From positions 60,001 to 92,000 of the forward strand of contig SHMX01000005.1 of NCBI GenBank assembly GCA_008080745.1: 32,000 nt of DNA. Reading direction: 5' to 3'. The DNA comes from Candidatus Thorarchaeota archaeon. Its GTDB lineage: Archaea; Asgardarchaeota; Thorarchaeia; Thorarchaeales; Thorarchaeaceae. Position 1 is the stretch's first letter; each line of letters starts with the position of its first letter. Under the pieces are notes generated by a model that saw nothing but the letters and a program-made list of their open reading frames with translations, was not told where the DNA came from and did not search any database. A program made the position numbers and the translations under genes. Of the stretch, positions 7,497 to 15,829 are shown in pieces.

Positions 7497-7638
7497 CAGG
7501 TGCTAACCAATTTTTTGATAGTAACAATTATGTTATTATGCTGTCGTCTTTGTTACGCTACATGAATGCCCTCAGTGTAACTATAATCTTAATTTACACA
7601 AATGATTTTTATATCATGGTTTATAATCTGTTACTAGG

Positions 7639-10407
7639 GTGTTGTTGGTGCTACGGAGTAAAGGTGTAGTTATACTCATTATTCTTGTTTCAGCTCTTTT
7701 CTTGTTTCTATCAATAGTTGGGAATAACTGTGATAATTCAATATATTCTTCAGAAGACATTTCTGAAACTGATTCGTTTCCCATGAAACTGAACCATCCA
7801 AGTTGGTACACTGATGAAGATTTTGATAATATGACCGCTCCAATATGTGATATGTCCGGTAATACTTTGGATGCCAGTGACGATGATTGGCCAACTTATG
7901 ATGCTATATTTACCTACTTCTACAATAATCAAAAGCATTTTGCCTTTATTTCTATGGCATGGGATGGACAAGACCTCTATTTCTATATAAGTATAAATGA
8001 TCCGAATAATTTGGAAACTGATACGGGATTTATGTTTGCTATCTTTATTCAATTTCCCGATCTATCTACAGACGATTTCTATATTGAGGTTACCGATTTC
8101 GAGAATGGTATATACAATACTGGAGGTATAAGTTCGGATGAAATTACATACGATAAGGATACAGGGAATCCAAGGATTGAATGTGAATATGATTTGAGCC
8201 CCTCTATCGTTGCTGGAACTGATTTGGGAATTTGTTTCTATTATCACGACTATGAATCAGATATTATAGACACATTTCCTATGTACTATGATGGAGGAAC
8301 AGAACCGGATCAATCGTATGGTACAGAATGGGCGCAATTACATTTGTTAGATGACACAGAGAGCCCACAAGTGGCACTGCAAGAACCTACCACCGAGGGG
8401 AACTACAATTATACATACGACACTCGCGAAATTGAATGGACTGCTTCAGATAATTATGCTATCGACCACTTTGATATCTTGAACAATAACAGTCTCCTTC
8501 AAGCGGGACTATCATCTGGTATACGGAGTTATAACATACCCGATTTGGGAGAGGGCGTACATAACATCACAGTAATTGTTTATGATACAAGAGATAATTG
8601 GGATACTAGTTATTTTTGGTTGGTTGTTGACAAAACCTCTCCAATTATGGATATAATCAGTCCTGTGAATTTATTCAATTGCACCTCACAATACGAATGG
8701 TTGAATTGGTCGGTAAGTGATAGTCTAACTTGGGTAGATTCGATATTTGTTTTTGATAATGAAACCAATGTTTCGGGTCAATTATCTGGAGATGTAACTT
8801 CATTTGAGTTGAGTCTTAGTCAAGGTCTTCATAATATCACAATAGTCGCTTATGATGTAGTTGGTAATATGGATACAGATACCATTTGGATTCGACGAGA
8901 TGGAATCACTCCCAATATTGAATTTCTTACTCCGGTGGAATTCGCATATCTTGATAGTTCTGAGGTTACTGTTTCTTGGATCGTGAACGATTCTAATCCC
9001 AGTTCTGATATTTATAGGACTCTTGTCTATCTTGATGAGCTTTTAAATAAAAGCAAACTTGGTATTATCTCGGAGGTTGATTGGCTATTATTTGAGGGTG
9101 AACATAATGTGACTATAGTTGTTGAGGATTATGCTGGAAATATTGAATCTTCAACCATTATGTTCTATGTAGATTTAAGCAATCCAGATATACAAATTAT
9201 AAAACCCTCTGCTGATATATATCTTTCAAATTCGTCTTATTCATTCATAATTGAATGGACTGCTTCGGATAATGTAGCTATTGACTACTTTGAACTATGG
9301 ATCGGAAGTACTTCCTATATTTTCGAATCAGATGTTCGCATGTATGAACCAGCGACTATAACATCAACGACCGCCTACACATTGAAGATCTTTGATAAAG
9401 CTGGTCATGTTGATTCAGATGGATTTGTTGTGTATTTTGATTCTTCTGGAGATACTTCTCCTCCCTTGCTATCAATTGAAAACCCTGTAAACGAAACCTA
9501 TTGTAATAGTGATGTTCTACTTAGTTGGGTTGCGAGTGATGCAGAATGCGAGATACGATATGTGAACATTAGCTTAGATGGTACTCTAATTCATTCAACA
9601 ACTGAATCTAGTGGTTCATATACTCTTGAATTTGAAGAAGAAGGAGTTCACAATCTATTTGTTATCACATGTAATGATATTGGACTAACAAAGAATAGAA
9701 GTATAGTCATTTTCTATGATATAACCCCTCCAACGATTACTATCCAATCTCCGAACAACAACCAGATTTTGATAAATTCCAATTTTCTAGTCACATGGAT
9801 AGGTGATGATGAAGGAATTATTGGCTCAATAGATTACTATGAAATTTTTCTTGGTTCTTTATCTCTTCGTCAGACAGAAAGTAACACTTACGCTTTTTCC
9901 GACATTTCCGATGGAGAATACTCTATTCGTGTAATTATTCATGATAAAGCAGGAAATATCGCTGAAGACTCTGTTACTATATGGGTGGATGTGGGTACAC
10001 CGACTCTCAGTCTTGTTAACCCAGCTAATTCTTTCACCCACAAAAAATCTGATGGAAACCTTATCCGGATTTCTTGTTTGGCTCAAGATAGTGCATCGGT
10101 ATCTTCTGTTGTCTTATATTTGACTGGGATTGATAATGAATATTCAAAAACATTGAATTTTTCATTTAATCCATCCACTGGTCATTGGGAAGTAACTTGG
10201 GACATCACAGAGGTTGAATATGGTTTATATTATCTGAATGTAACTGTACATGATTTGGCAGGCCATTCGAATTCGATAATTATAACTTCTGAATTAGTAC
10301 CTCCTACTCCTCTTGAGATACTGAAGGCAAATGCATTTTTCTTTACAGTAATCGGAGGCAGTGTCACGGTAATCGGTTTCATATTTAAGAGAACCCGAAA
10401 AGAGTAA
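7639..10407 (+). CDS. Membrane-anchored surface glycoprotein: signal/TM, DOMON/CBM9-like domain, 7 Ig-like repeats, C-terminal TM plus basic tail
   Basis: Hydrophobic N-terminus; AWDGQDLYFYISIND (DOMON/CBM9-like); seven roughly 90-aa repeats D.t.P.i.i..P...W..sD...G.h.i.i...D.aGn; about 18 NxS/T sequons by manual count; C-terminal FFFTVIGGSVTVIGFIF-KRTRKE. Confidence 0.85.
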   Translation: MLLVLRSKGVVILIILVSALFLFLSIVGNNCDNSIYSSEDISETDSFPMKLNHPSWYTDEDFDNMTAPICDMSGNTLDASDDDWPTYDAIFTYFYNNQKHFAFISMAWDGQDLYFYISINDPNNLETDTGFMFAIFIQFPDLSTDDFYIEVTDFENGIYNTGGISSDEITYDKDTGNPRIECEYDLSPSIVAGTDLGICFYYHDYESDIIDTFPMYYDGGTEPDQSYGTEWAQLHLLDDTESPQVALQEPTTEGNYNYTYDTREIEWTASDNYAIDHFDILNNNSLLQAGLSSGIRSYNIPDLGEGVHNITVIVYDTRDNWDTSYFWLVVDKTSPIMDIISPVNLFNCTSQYEWLNWSVSDSLTWVDSIFVFDNETNVSGQLSGDVTSFELSLSQGLHNITIVAYDVVGNMDTDTIWIRRDGITPNIEFLTPVEFAYLDSSEVTVSWIVNDSNPSSDIYRTLVYLDELLNKSKLGIISEVDWLLFEGEHNVTIVVEDYAGNIESSTIMFYVDLSNPDIQIIKPSADIYLSNSSYSFIIEWTASDNVAIDYFELWIGSTSYIFESDVRMYEPATITSTTAYTLKIFDKAGHVDSDGFVVYFDSSGDTSPPLLSIENPVNETYCNSDVLLSWVASDAECEIRYVNISLDGTLIHSTTESSGSYTLEFEEEGVHNLFVITCNDIGLTKNRSIVIFYDITPPTITIQSPNNNQILINSNFLVTWIGDDEGIIGSIDYYEIFLGSLSLRQTESNTYAFSDISDGEYSIRVIIHDKAGNIAEDSVTIWVDVGTPTLSLVNPANSFTHKKSDGNLIRISCLAQDSASVSSVVLYLTGIDNEYSKTLNFSFNPSTGHWEVTWDITEVEYGLYYLNVTVHDLAGHSNSIIITSELVPPTPLEILKANAFFFTVIGGSVTVIGFIFKRTRKE

Positions 10408-10486
10408 ACTCTATCTGATTCAATGAGTTAACAAAAGGACTTTCAAAGCATTTTTCATTAGTATATCTCTCTGAGATTGTTAGTAG

Positions 10487-11680
10487 GTGACTGTAATGTT
10501 CGAAGATCTCGACCCACTTATGGAAGACGTTGGAATTGACGCATTGGTTTGTGAAGGAAATGCCTTTGAGGTTCCTGATATTGTCTGGCTGACTGGATTT
10601 CGCTCGACAGACTCAGTGATATATTTCAAAAACCAAGGTGAAAAGGGGCTGATTGCAACAGGGTATAATACCCTCGACCGTGCAAAAAAGGAGAGTTCGG
10701 TTACAGAATACCATGATCTGACTCCAATTTACAAAGATCTAAGACGAGAGAAAAAACGAGCCTATGAACATCCAGATGTCATCTATGGAGAGATTCTCAC
10801 TAGCCATTTCTCAGGTACGGTGATAGGTGTGCCAGACCACCTACCCGCAAGAGTACTTGTGGCTATTCAGCAACTTGGATATGACGTAAAAGTCGTTCCA
10901 AAACTTGTGAATAAGGCTCGTGCCACTAAAACAAAAGAAGAGATTGAAATCATCAGAAAGGCTGGTCATGCTACAACCTCAGCTATCAAGCGTGTTGTTG
11001 AGATGATTAAAGATGCAGACGTGGGTGAGAAGGACTCGCTCGTTCTTGATGGCACTCCTCTGACAGTTGGTCGAATCAAACTGGCCTTGGAACACTTCTT
11101 ACTCGATCAAGGTGCCGAGTCTGCAGAAGATGCAATTGTTGCCGTTGGTGACAAGGGGTTTGACTGGCACTATCTTGGAAAGTCCGATGATCATCTCAAA
11201 GCAAATGTACCCATAATTATGGATGTCTTTCCTCGTCTGAAACATGAGCGGTATGTTGCGGACGTTACTCGTACCATTGTGAAGGGTCGGGTTGACAAAA
11301 CTCTTCAGAATATGTTTGACGCCGTACACAGTGCTCTTGCCGCTTCAATAGAGGCTCTAACAGATGGTGCGAAAATCGATGATGTGAATATGGCATGTTT
11401 CCAGACCCTAAAACGTCATGGATACGATTCTAGTAGGCTGAATCTTGATGCCGAAGAGGGTATGACTCATGGTCTCGGACACGGAATTGGTCTTGAGGTG
11501 CATGAAGAACCAAGTATGTATCGATATGAGGAACATTTTGAAGCTGGACATGTTGTGGCAATTGAACCTGGAGTATATCTGAAGGCAATTGGTGGTGTCC
11601 GTATAGAGAACGATTATGCAGTCACTAAGAATGGTGCAAAGCGCCTAACAACTGATTTGGAAGACCTGATCTTTGTATAA
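10487..11680 (+). CDS. Xaa-Pro aminopeptidase/prolidase (peptidase M24)
   Basis: Metal ligands in IIMDVFP, YVADVTRT, HGLGHGIGLEVHE, IEPGVY, GVRIEND. The start may be ATG at 10496 (GGTGA SD). Confidence 0.93.
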   Translation: MTVMFEDLDPLMEDVGIDALVCEGNAFEVPDIVWLTGFRSTDSVIYFKNQGEKGLIATGYNTLDRAKKESSVTEYHDLTPIYKDLRREKKRAYEHPDVIYGEILTSHFSGTVIGVPDHLPARVLVAIQQLGYDVKVVPKLVNKARATKTKEEIEIIRKAGHATTSAIKRVVEMIKDADVGEKDSLVLDGTPLTVGRIKLALEHFLLDQGAESAEDAIVAVGDKGFDWHYLGKSDDHLKANVPIIMDVFPRLKHERYVADVTRTIVKGRVDKTLQNMFDAVHSALAASIEALTDGAKIDDVNMACFQTLKRHGYDSSRLNLDAEEGMTHGLGHGIGLEVHEEPSMYRYEEHFEAGHVVAIEPGVYLKAIGGVRIENDYAVTKNGAKRLTTDLEDLIFV

Positions 11681-11681
11681 T

Positions 11682-12776
11682 TCACTCATAACCTAATGCA
11701 GCAAAGGGGCAGACTGATATACACATACCGCAGGCCTGACAATCTTCAGAATTGATCTGCAATATTCCGTCTTCTTTGTTAGCTGTTATTGCGTCATATA
11801 CACACGATTTCACACAGAGACCACAGACAGTACATTTCTCGTGGTCAATACTAGGCGGGGGAGTAAGCTCTGTCAATTGTTTCAGAGCAATCCCTCTGAT
11901 TTCATTAATTGACCCGTAACCATGGGTGTCCAACCATTTCTTGGTTTCATCTACTATCTTTCCATAGATAGTATGGCCCTCAAGAATTGCAGCTGTACAG
12001 ACTTGAACCGCAGATGCTCCTGCCATTACAAACTCTATGACATCCTCTCCTGATGTGACCCCTCCAACTCCCATGATGGGTAAGTCTACTGCTTGTGCAA
12101 TATCTGCTACACATCTAAGAGCGATTGGCTTAAGTGCCGGACCGCTCAACCATCCCTGGCCTCCCTCTCCACCTAGCATAGGTCTTGCTGTTTCTATATC
12201 GATTCTAAGACAGGGGCCGTATGTGTTAATAGCAACAATTCCATCCACATGGGGCTCAAGTGATTTTGCTACTTTTGCAACATCTACTTTTGGACTAAGC
12301 TTGGCAAAAATAGGAATATTTACAGAATCTCGTAATGCTTTGGCAATTTCTACATGTCCTCCTACATAGTGTGTACTGAACTCTATTGCCTCTACACCTG
12401 CCCTTTCCATCTCTGGTGCAAGTGAAGAAACCTCTTCTGGTGTATATCCAACACTTGCTACTAACGTTAATCCCGAACTCTTTGCAATTGCATATTCTTT
12501 CTCAAACCATTGTTCAGGTGGCAATTCACTCCATAATTCGGTGTTTAGAATTCCTCTTCTGGAGGATACTCTTCCTCTTCCAATTGCAGCCATATTTGGT
12601 CTTGGAATCTGTGCCCCTTTGACACTGATAGTCTTTGCAACTAGACCACCAACTCCTCCTGTTGCCGCAGTGAGAAGTGTCATTCCATCGCGTGATGTGG
12701 GACCAGCTGCTGTGAGAATTGGATTTCGAAATTTCAATCCTGCAAATTCAACCTGAAGATCTGCCATACATACCAT
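11682..12776 (-). CDS. DHODH/dihydropyrimidine dehydrogenase PreA-like FMN protein with a C-terminal 2x[4Fe-4S] domain and a non-canonical active site
   Basis: NPILTAAGP, KTIS, LNTELWS, KLSP, INT, GWLSGPALKPIALR, GVGGV, GASAVQVCTA; C-terminal CTVCGLCVKSC and CQACGMCISVCP. The ELNxxCP loop is replaced by EFSTHY. Confidence 0.85.
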   Translation of the reverse strand: MVCMADLQVEFAGLKFRNPILTAAGPTSRDGMTLLTAATGGVGGLVAKTISVKGAQIPRPNMAAIGRGRVSSRRGILNTELWSELPPEQWFEKEYAIAKSSGLTLVASVGYTPEEVSSLAPEMERAGVEAIEFSTHYVGGHVEIAKALRDSVNIPIFAKLSPKVDVAKVAKSLEPHVDGIVAINTYGPCLRIDIETARPMLGGEGGQGWLSGPALKPIALRCVADIAQAVDLPIMGVGGVTSGEDVIEFVMAGASAVQVCTAAILEGHTIYGKIVDETKKWLDTHGYGSINEIRGIALKQLTELTPPPSIDHEKCTVCGLCVKSCVYDAITANKEDGILQINSEDCQACGMCISVCPFAALGYE

Positions 12777-12877
12777 ATTGAATTCGACAAAATAAGAATT
12801 GTCTATCGTTGCTTTTAGGTTACAAAATGAAAATGTTTATCTGATTTTAGATTGAGAAGTGTTTCTAGGGGAGAATT

Positions 12878-13231
12878 ATGTCAATTTCTCAAAAAGCACA
12901 TATGACCATCGGTGATGTTGTCACCCGACTAAAGGATGATAGATTAACTCCATCCATGGTGAAGAAGTATATGCGTGTGATTGAGCGCGAAAGGTTCATT
13001 TGCGAAGAACGAAGGGGTGCCTATGACCCTCTCACACTTGACCTGCGAAATCTGCGTCATTTCTTAGAACAAAAGATTCTTCTACTTCTTGAGATGGAAG
13101 ATGTACATCAAGCTAATGAAACACCAGAAAAGATTCTGGAGAACTTCATTATAAACCGTATTTCTACTAAGACTTTAGCAAGAATACTGATACATGCCAG
13201 TCCTCGTGTGATTCAGAAGATGCTGGAATAA
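12878..13231 (+). CDS. Hypothetical all-alpha protein
   Basis: 117-aa ORF filling the gap between divergent and convergent neighbours, with a GGGGAG SD and a TATA-like element upstream. No motif recognised. Confidence 0.65.
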   Translation: MSISQKAHMTIGDVVTRLKDDRLTPSMVKKYMRVIERERFICEERRGAYDPLTLDLRNLRHFLEQKILLLLEMEDVHQANETPEKILENFIINRISTKTLARILIHASPRVIQKMLE

Positions 13232-13233
13232 AT

Positions 13234-15168
13234 CTATGCCAGCATTCCTCTCTGCTCAAGGTCCTTTACAACGAAGTCGAGATCCAGGTCCTCAAGAACT
13301 GATTTCTTAGGATAGCCTGTTTCTTTGTCACAACCTCGTAGTTCGTAATATTCGTCTAGCATATAGTCTAGATCTGGTAATCCGCCCTTAGATGGACCTG
13401 TCGGCATGGGTTCCTTCAGTAGCCTTCGTGGTAGAGTTTCATCTTTTCTCGTGATTCCAAGCCTGTGATTATACGCACGCCTGAGATGACTGATTCTGTC
13501 CGCAGATTGTCGTACGTATTTGACATCTCCCCATTCTACCATGCCTGTCAATGCAGGAAGCACATTTGCAAAGGTATCAAAGTAAAATATCGGGGGCCAC
13601 ATAGTTCCATACTTGCATATGACTGCTGAATCAGTTATTGCATAAAGGTTCTCCATGTCATAGACCACCAAGCCCTTGTGGACTGGCGACATGATCTCCT
13701 GAATCTCCTCTGCCTTGTCCTCTCCAAATCTGCGAATAGATATCTCGGGAAATCCTAATTCTTCGAGACTGGAGAGACTTCGTAAGTGATCAGCACCTCT
13801 TACGTTGGTTGCATAGGTAAGCCCTATTGATTGATGTGCACGAGGGTCTTGACCTGATGCCTCGAGTCCCTTTGAGTGAACTGCATATTTCCATGCTTCT
13901 CCGCCTATAATTTCTGCAGCTTTTCGAGTTCCGTGAGATAATAACTCGCCAATACCCTTCTCTCGTTTAGCAATTTTTTCAATTAGAGCGTTTATGGCAT
14001 CAACATTACCCCAGGACAAATCTAATCCATCAGTGTCCTTCTCGGTAAGTATTCCCTTCTCCCAGAGTTCCATTGCAAAGCTGATGGTCTTTCCACAAGA
14101 AATTGTATCCATCCCAAGTAGATCACAACGATGTCCTTGATGGAATACAGCTTCAATATCACTATTCATACAATTAGATCCGAAAGCCATGAGTGTTTCA
14201 TACTCGGGTCCACCAGCAGGGCCACCTGCGAATTTTCCCTCTTTAACACGATAGACGTACTTACAACCTATCCCACAGCCATGACAAGCTTCTTGGGCAA
14301 TTCGGTATTTTTCTGCAATAATCTCCGGGCCTATTTTTTCAGCCTCTTCAAAGAAGCCAGTCCAGTGATTCTTTGTCGGTAACCTTCCTATCTCGTTAAT
14401 CATGGCCACCAAGTCGGTGGTTCCATAATCTCTAAGGCTCCTGAGGAAATCTTTCCATAACGGGTCGTTTAGTCGCTCCATCTCTCTCTGGTTAGCCTCA
14501 AGATATGCATCCATATCATGTGCCTCCAGTCCAAGCGAGCCCCGTGCAGCAATCGCCTTTACATTCTTTGAACCCAATACTGTGCCGAGACCCGTTCTAC
14601 CTGCCGCACGATAGTAATCTACAATGATAGCTCCATAGAGTACCCCATTCTCACCTGCAGGACCTATAGTTGCAGTTTCTATAGCTGGGTCTCTATGCTC
14701 CTCTCTAATCATATCTGTTGTTTCATCAGTTTCTCGTCCCCATAATCTAGAAGCGTCACGAAGTTCCGCTTTTCCATCATTTAACCAGAGATAGACTGGT
14801 TTGGGCGATTTACCATTAAAAATGACAAAGTCGAATCCCGCATATTTAATCTCGGGACCCAGGAAGCCGCCAACATGACTCTCCGCCCAAATTCCAGTTA
14901 GAGGGCTTTTTCCTGAAAACATCATTCTTCCTGAGGGTGAAAACATTACACCTGTAAGAGGGCCTGTACCGACGATGACTATATTTTCTGGTGAAAGTGG
15001 GTCTGTATCGGGACCAGTTCTATCCCACAGAATCTTTGATGATATACCAGTTCCTCCAAGATAGAGTCTAGCCCATTCTTTCTCCATCTCCTTTTTGTGA
15101 ACCTTTCCTAGGGTAAGATCCACATCTAGATAGTATCCTGCATAACCTTTGTATGGAAAATCAGTCAT
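13234..15168 (-). CDS. aor: Tungsten-dependent aldehyde:ferredoxin oxidoreductase family protein (WOR/AOR), copy 2
   Basis: GYAGYYLDVDLT, GKSPLTG, IGPAGENGV, GSKNVKAI, CHGCGIGC, GPEYET, DLLGMDTIS, RGADHL, DSAVIC, YYELRG.D..TG.P. Confidence 0.95.
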   Translation of the reverse strand: MTDFPYKGYAGYYLDVDLTLGKVHKKEMEKEWARLYLGGTGISSKILWDRTGPDTDPLSPENIVIVGTGPLTGVMFSPSGRMMFSGKSPLTGIWAESHVGGFLGPEIKYAGFDFVIFNGKSPKPVYLWLNDGKAELRDASRLWGRETDETTDMIREEHRDPAIETATIGPAGENGVLYGAIIVDYYRAAGRTGLGTVLGSKNVKAIAARGSLGLEAHDMDAYLEANQREMERLNDPLWKDFLRSLRDYGTTDLVAMINEIGRLPTKNHWTGFFEEAEKIGPEIIAEKYRIAQEACHGCGIGCKYVYRVKEGKFAGGPAGGPEYETLMAFGSNCMNSDIEAVFHQGHRCDLLGMDTISCGKTISFAMELWEKGILTEKDTDGLDLSWGNVDAINALIEKIAKREKGIGELLSHGTRKAAEIIGGEAWKYAVHSKGLEASGQDPRAHQSIGLTYATNVRGADHLRSLSSLEELGFPEISIRRFGEDKAEEIQEIMSPVHKGLVVYDMENLYAITDSAVICKYGTMWPPIFYFDTFANVLPALTGMVEWGDVKYVRQSADRISHLRRAYNHRLGITRKDETLPRRLLKEPMPTGPSKGGLPDLDYMLDEYYELRGCDKETGYPKKSVLEDLDLDFVVKDLEQRGMLA

Positions 15169-15650
15169 TATTCGCTTCCCTCCTGAATACCAACTTTAGT
15201 TGATACCTGCTTCATCCCAATCTGCCTTTCTAAATTTCCCTCTCCTTCAGTTTCCAGTCGGATAACACCATACTCACATGCTTTTATGCAGGCCGGATCA
15301 CCATCGCACAGGTCGCACTTTATTGCTTTTCTGGACACAGGGTCTATTACAATTCCACCATAAATACAGGCAGAAACACAATTTCCACAACCTATGCAAA
15401 CATCATTATTCACTGTGAGCGATCCAATAGAATTGGGGATTATTGCATTAGTCGGACATGCGTCAGCACAAAGAGGCTCTTGGCACTGAAGGCAGACCAT
15501 TGGTATAATCAATCCCTTATGCTCATCTTTGAGAATCTGTATTCTTGCCCTAATAGGATTGAATGTGGATGTCTTTCTTGCTGAGCATGCTAGCTCACAA
15601 TTTCTACAACCCGTACAACTTTTTGCATCGATGACTAGGAGTTTTTTCAA
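15168..15650 (-). CDS. Four-cluster [4Fe-4S] electron-transfer subunit partnering WOR copy 2
   Basis: CTGCRNCELAC, CLQCQEPLCADACP, CIGCGNCVSAC, KCDLCDGDPACIKAC; TAATG overlap with the WOR start. Confidence 0.92.
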   Translation of the reverse strand: MKKLLVIDAKSCTGCRNCELACSARKTSTFNPIRARIQILKDEHKGLIIPMVCLQCQEPLCADACPTNAIIPNSIGSLTVNNDVCIGCGNCVSACIYGGIVIDPVSRKAIKCDLCDGDPACIKACEYGVIRLETEGEGNLERQIGMKQVSTKVGIQEGSE

Positions 15651-15829
15651 GGGTGTCGGCTCCTTATTCAGCAGGTTTTCAATAATCCTCTTCTCTCCAC
15701 TTTAATGTGTTGTTATGCTTATTTTGACTAGGTACTAAATTCCTCACGGAAAACTATTAGAGTACCCTTTACCTCATCCCTCTCAAGTCAATCAAAGCTG
15801 TTCTTTGACAATATTACTTTCGAGTGTAA

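Noticed and set aside
7521-7556. Inverted repeat GTAACAA...TTGTTAC after pfkB as an ncRNA or terminator hairpin
   Set aside because: Only 7-bp AT-rich arms with a 22-nt spacer; consistent with chance in an AT-rich intergenic region.
7639-10407. Ig repeats as a DNA-level tandem repeat, CRISPR array or mobile element
   Set aside because: The repeats are recognisable only at the protein level. No identical direct repeats, spacers, transposase or terminal repeats are visible.
11682-12776. Calling this gene pyrD or preA
   Set aside because: The catalytic Cys loop is absent and there is no partner subunit, so neither symbol is justified.
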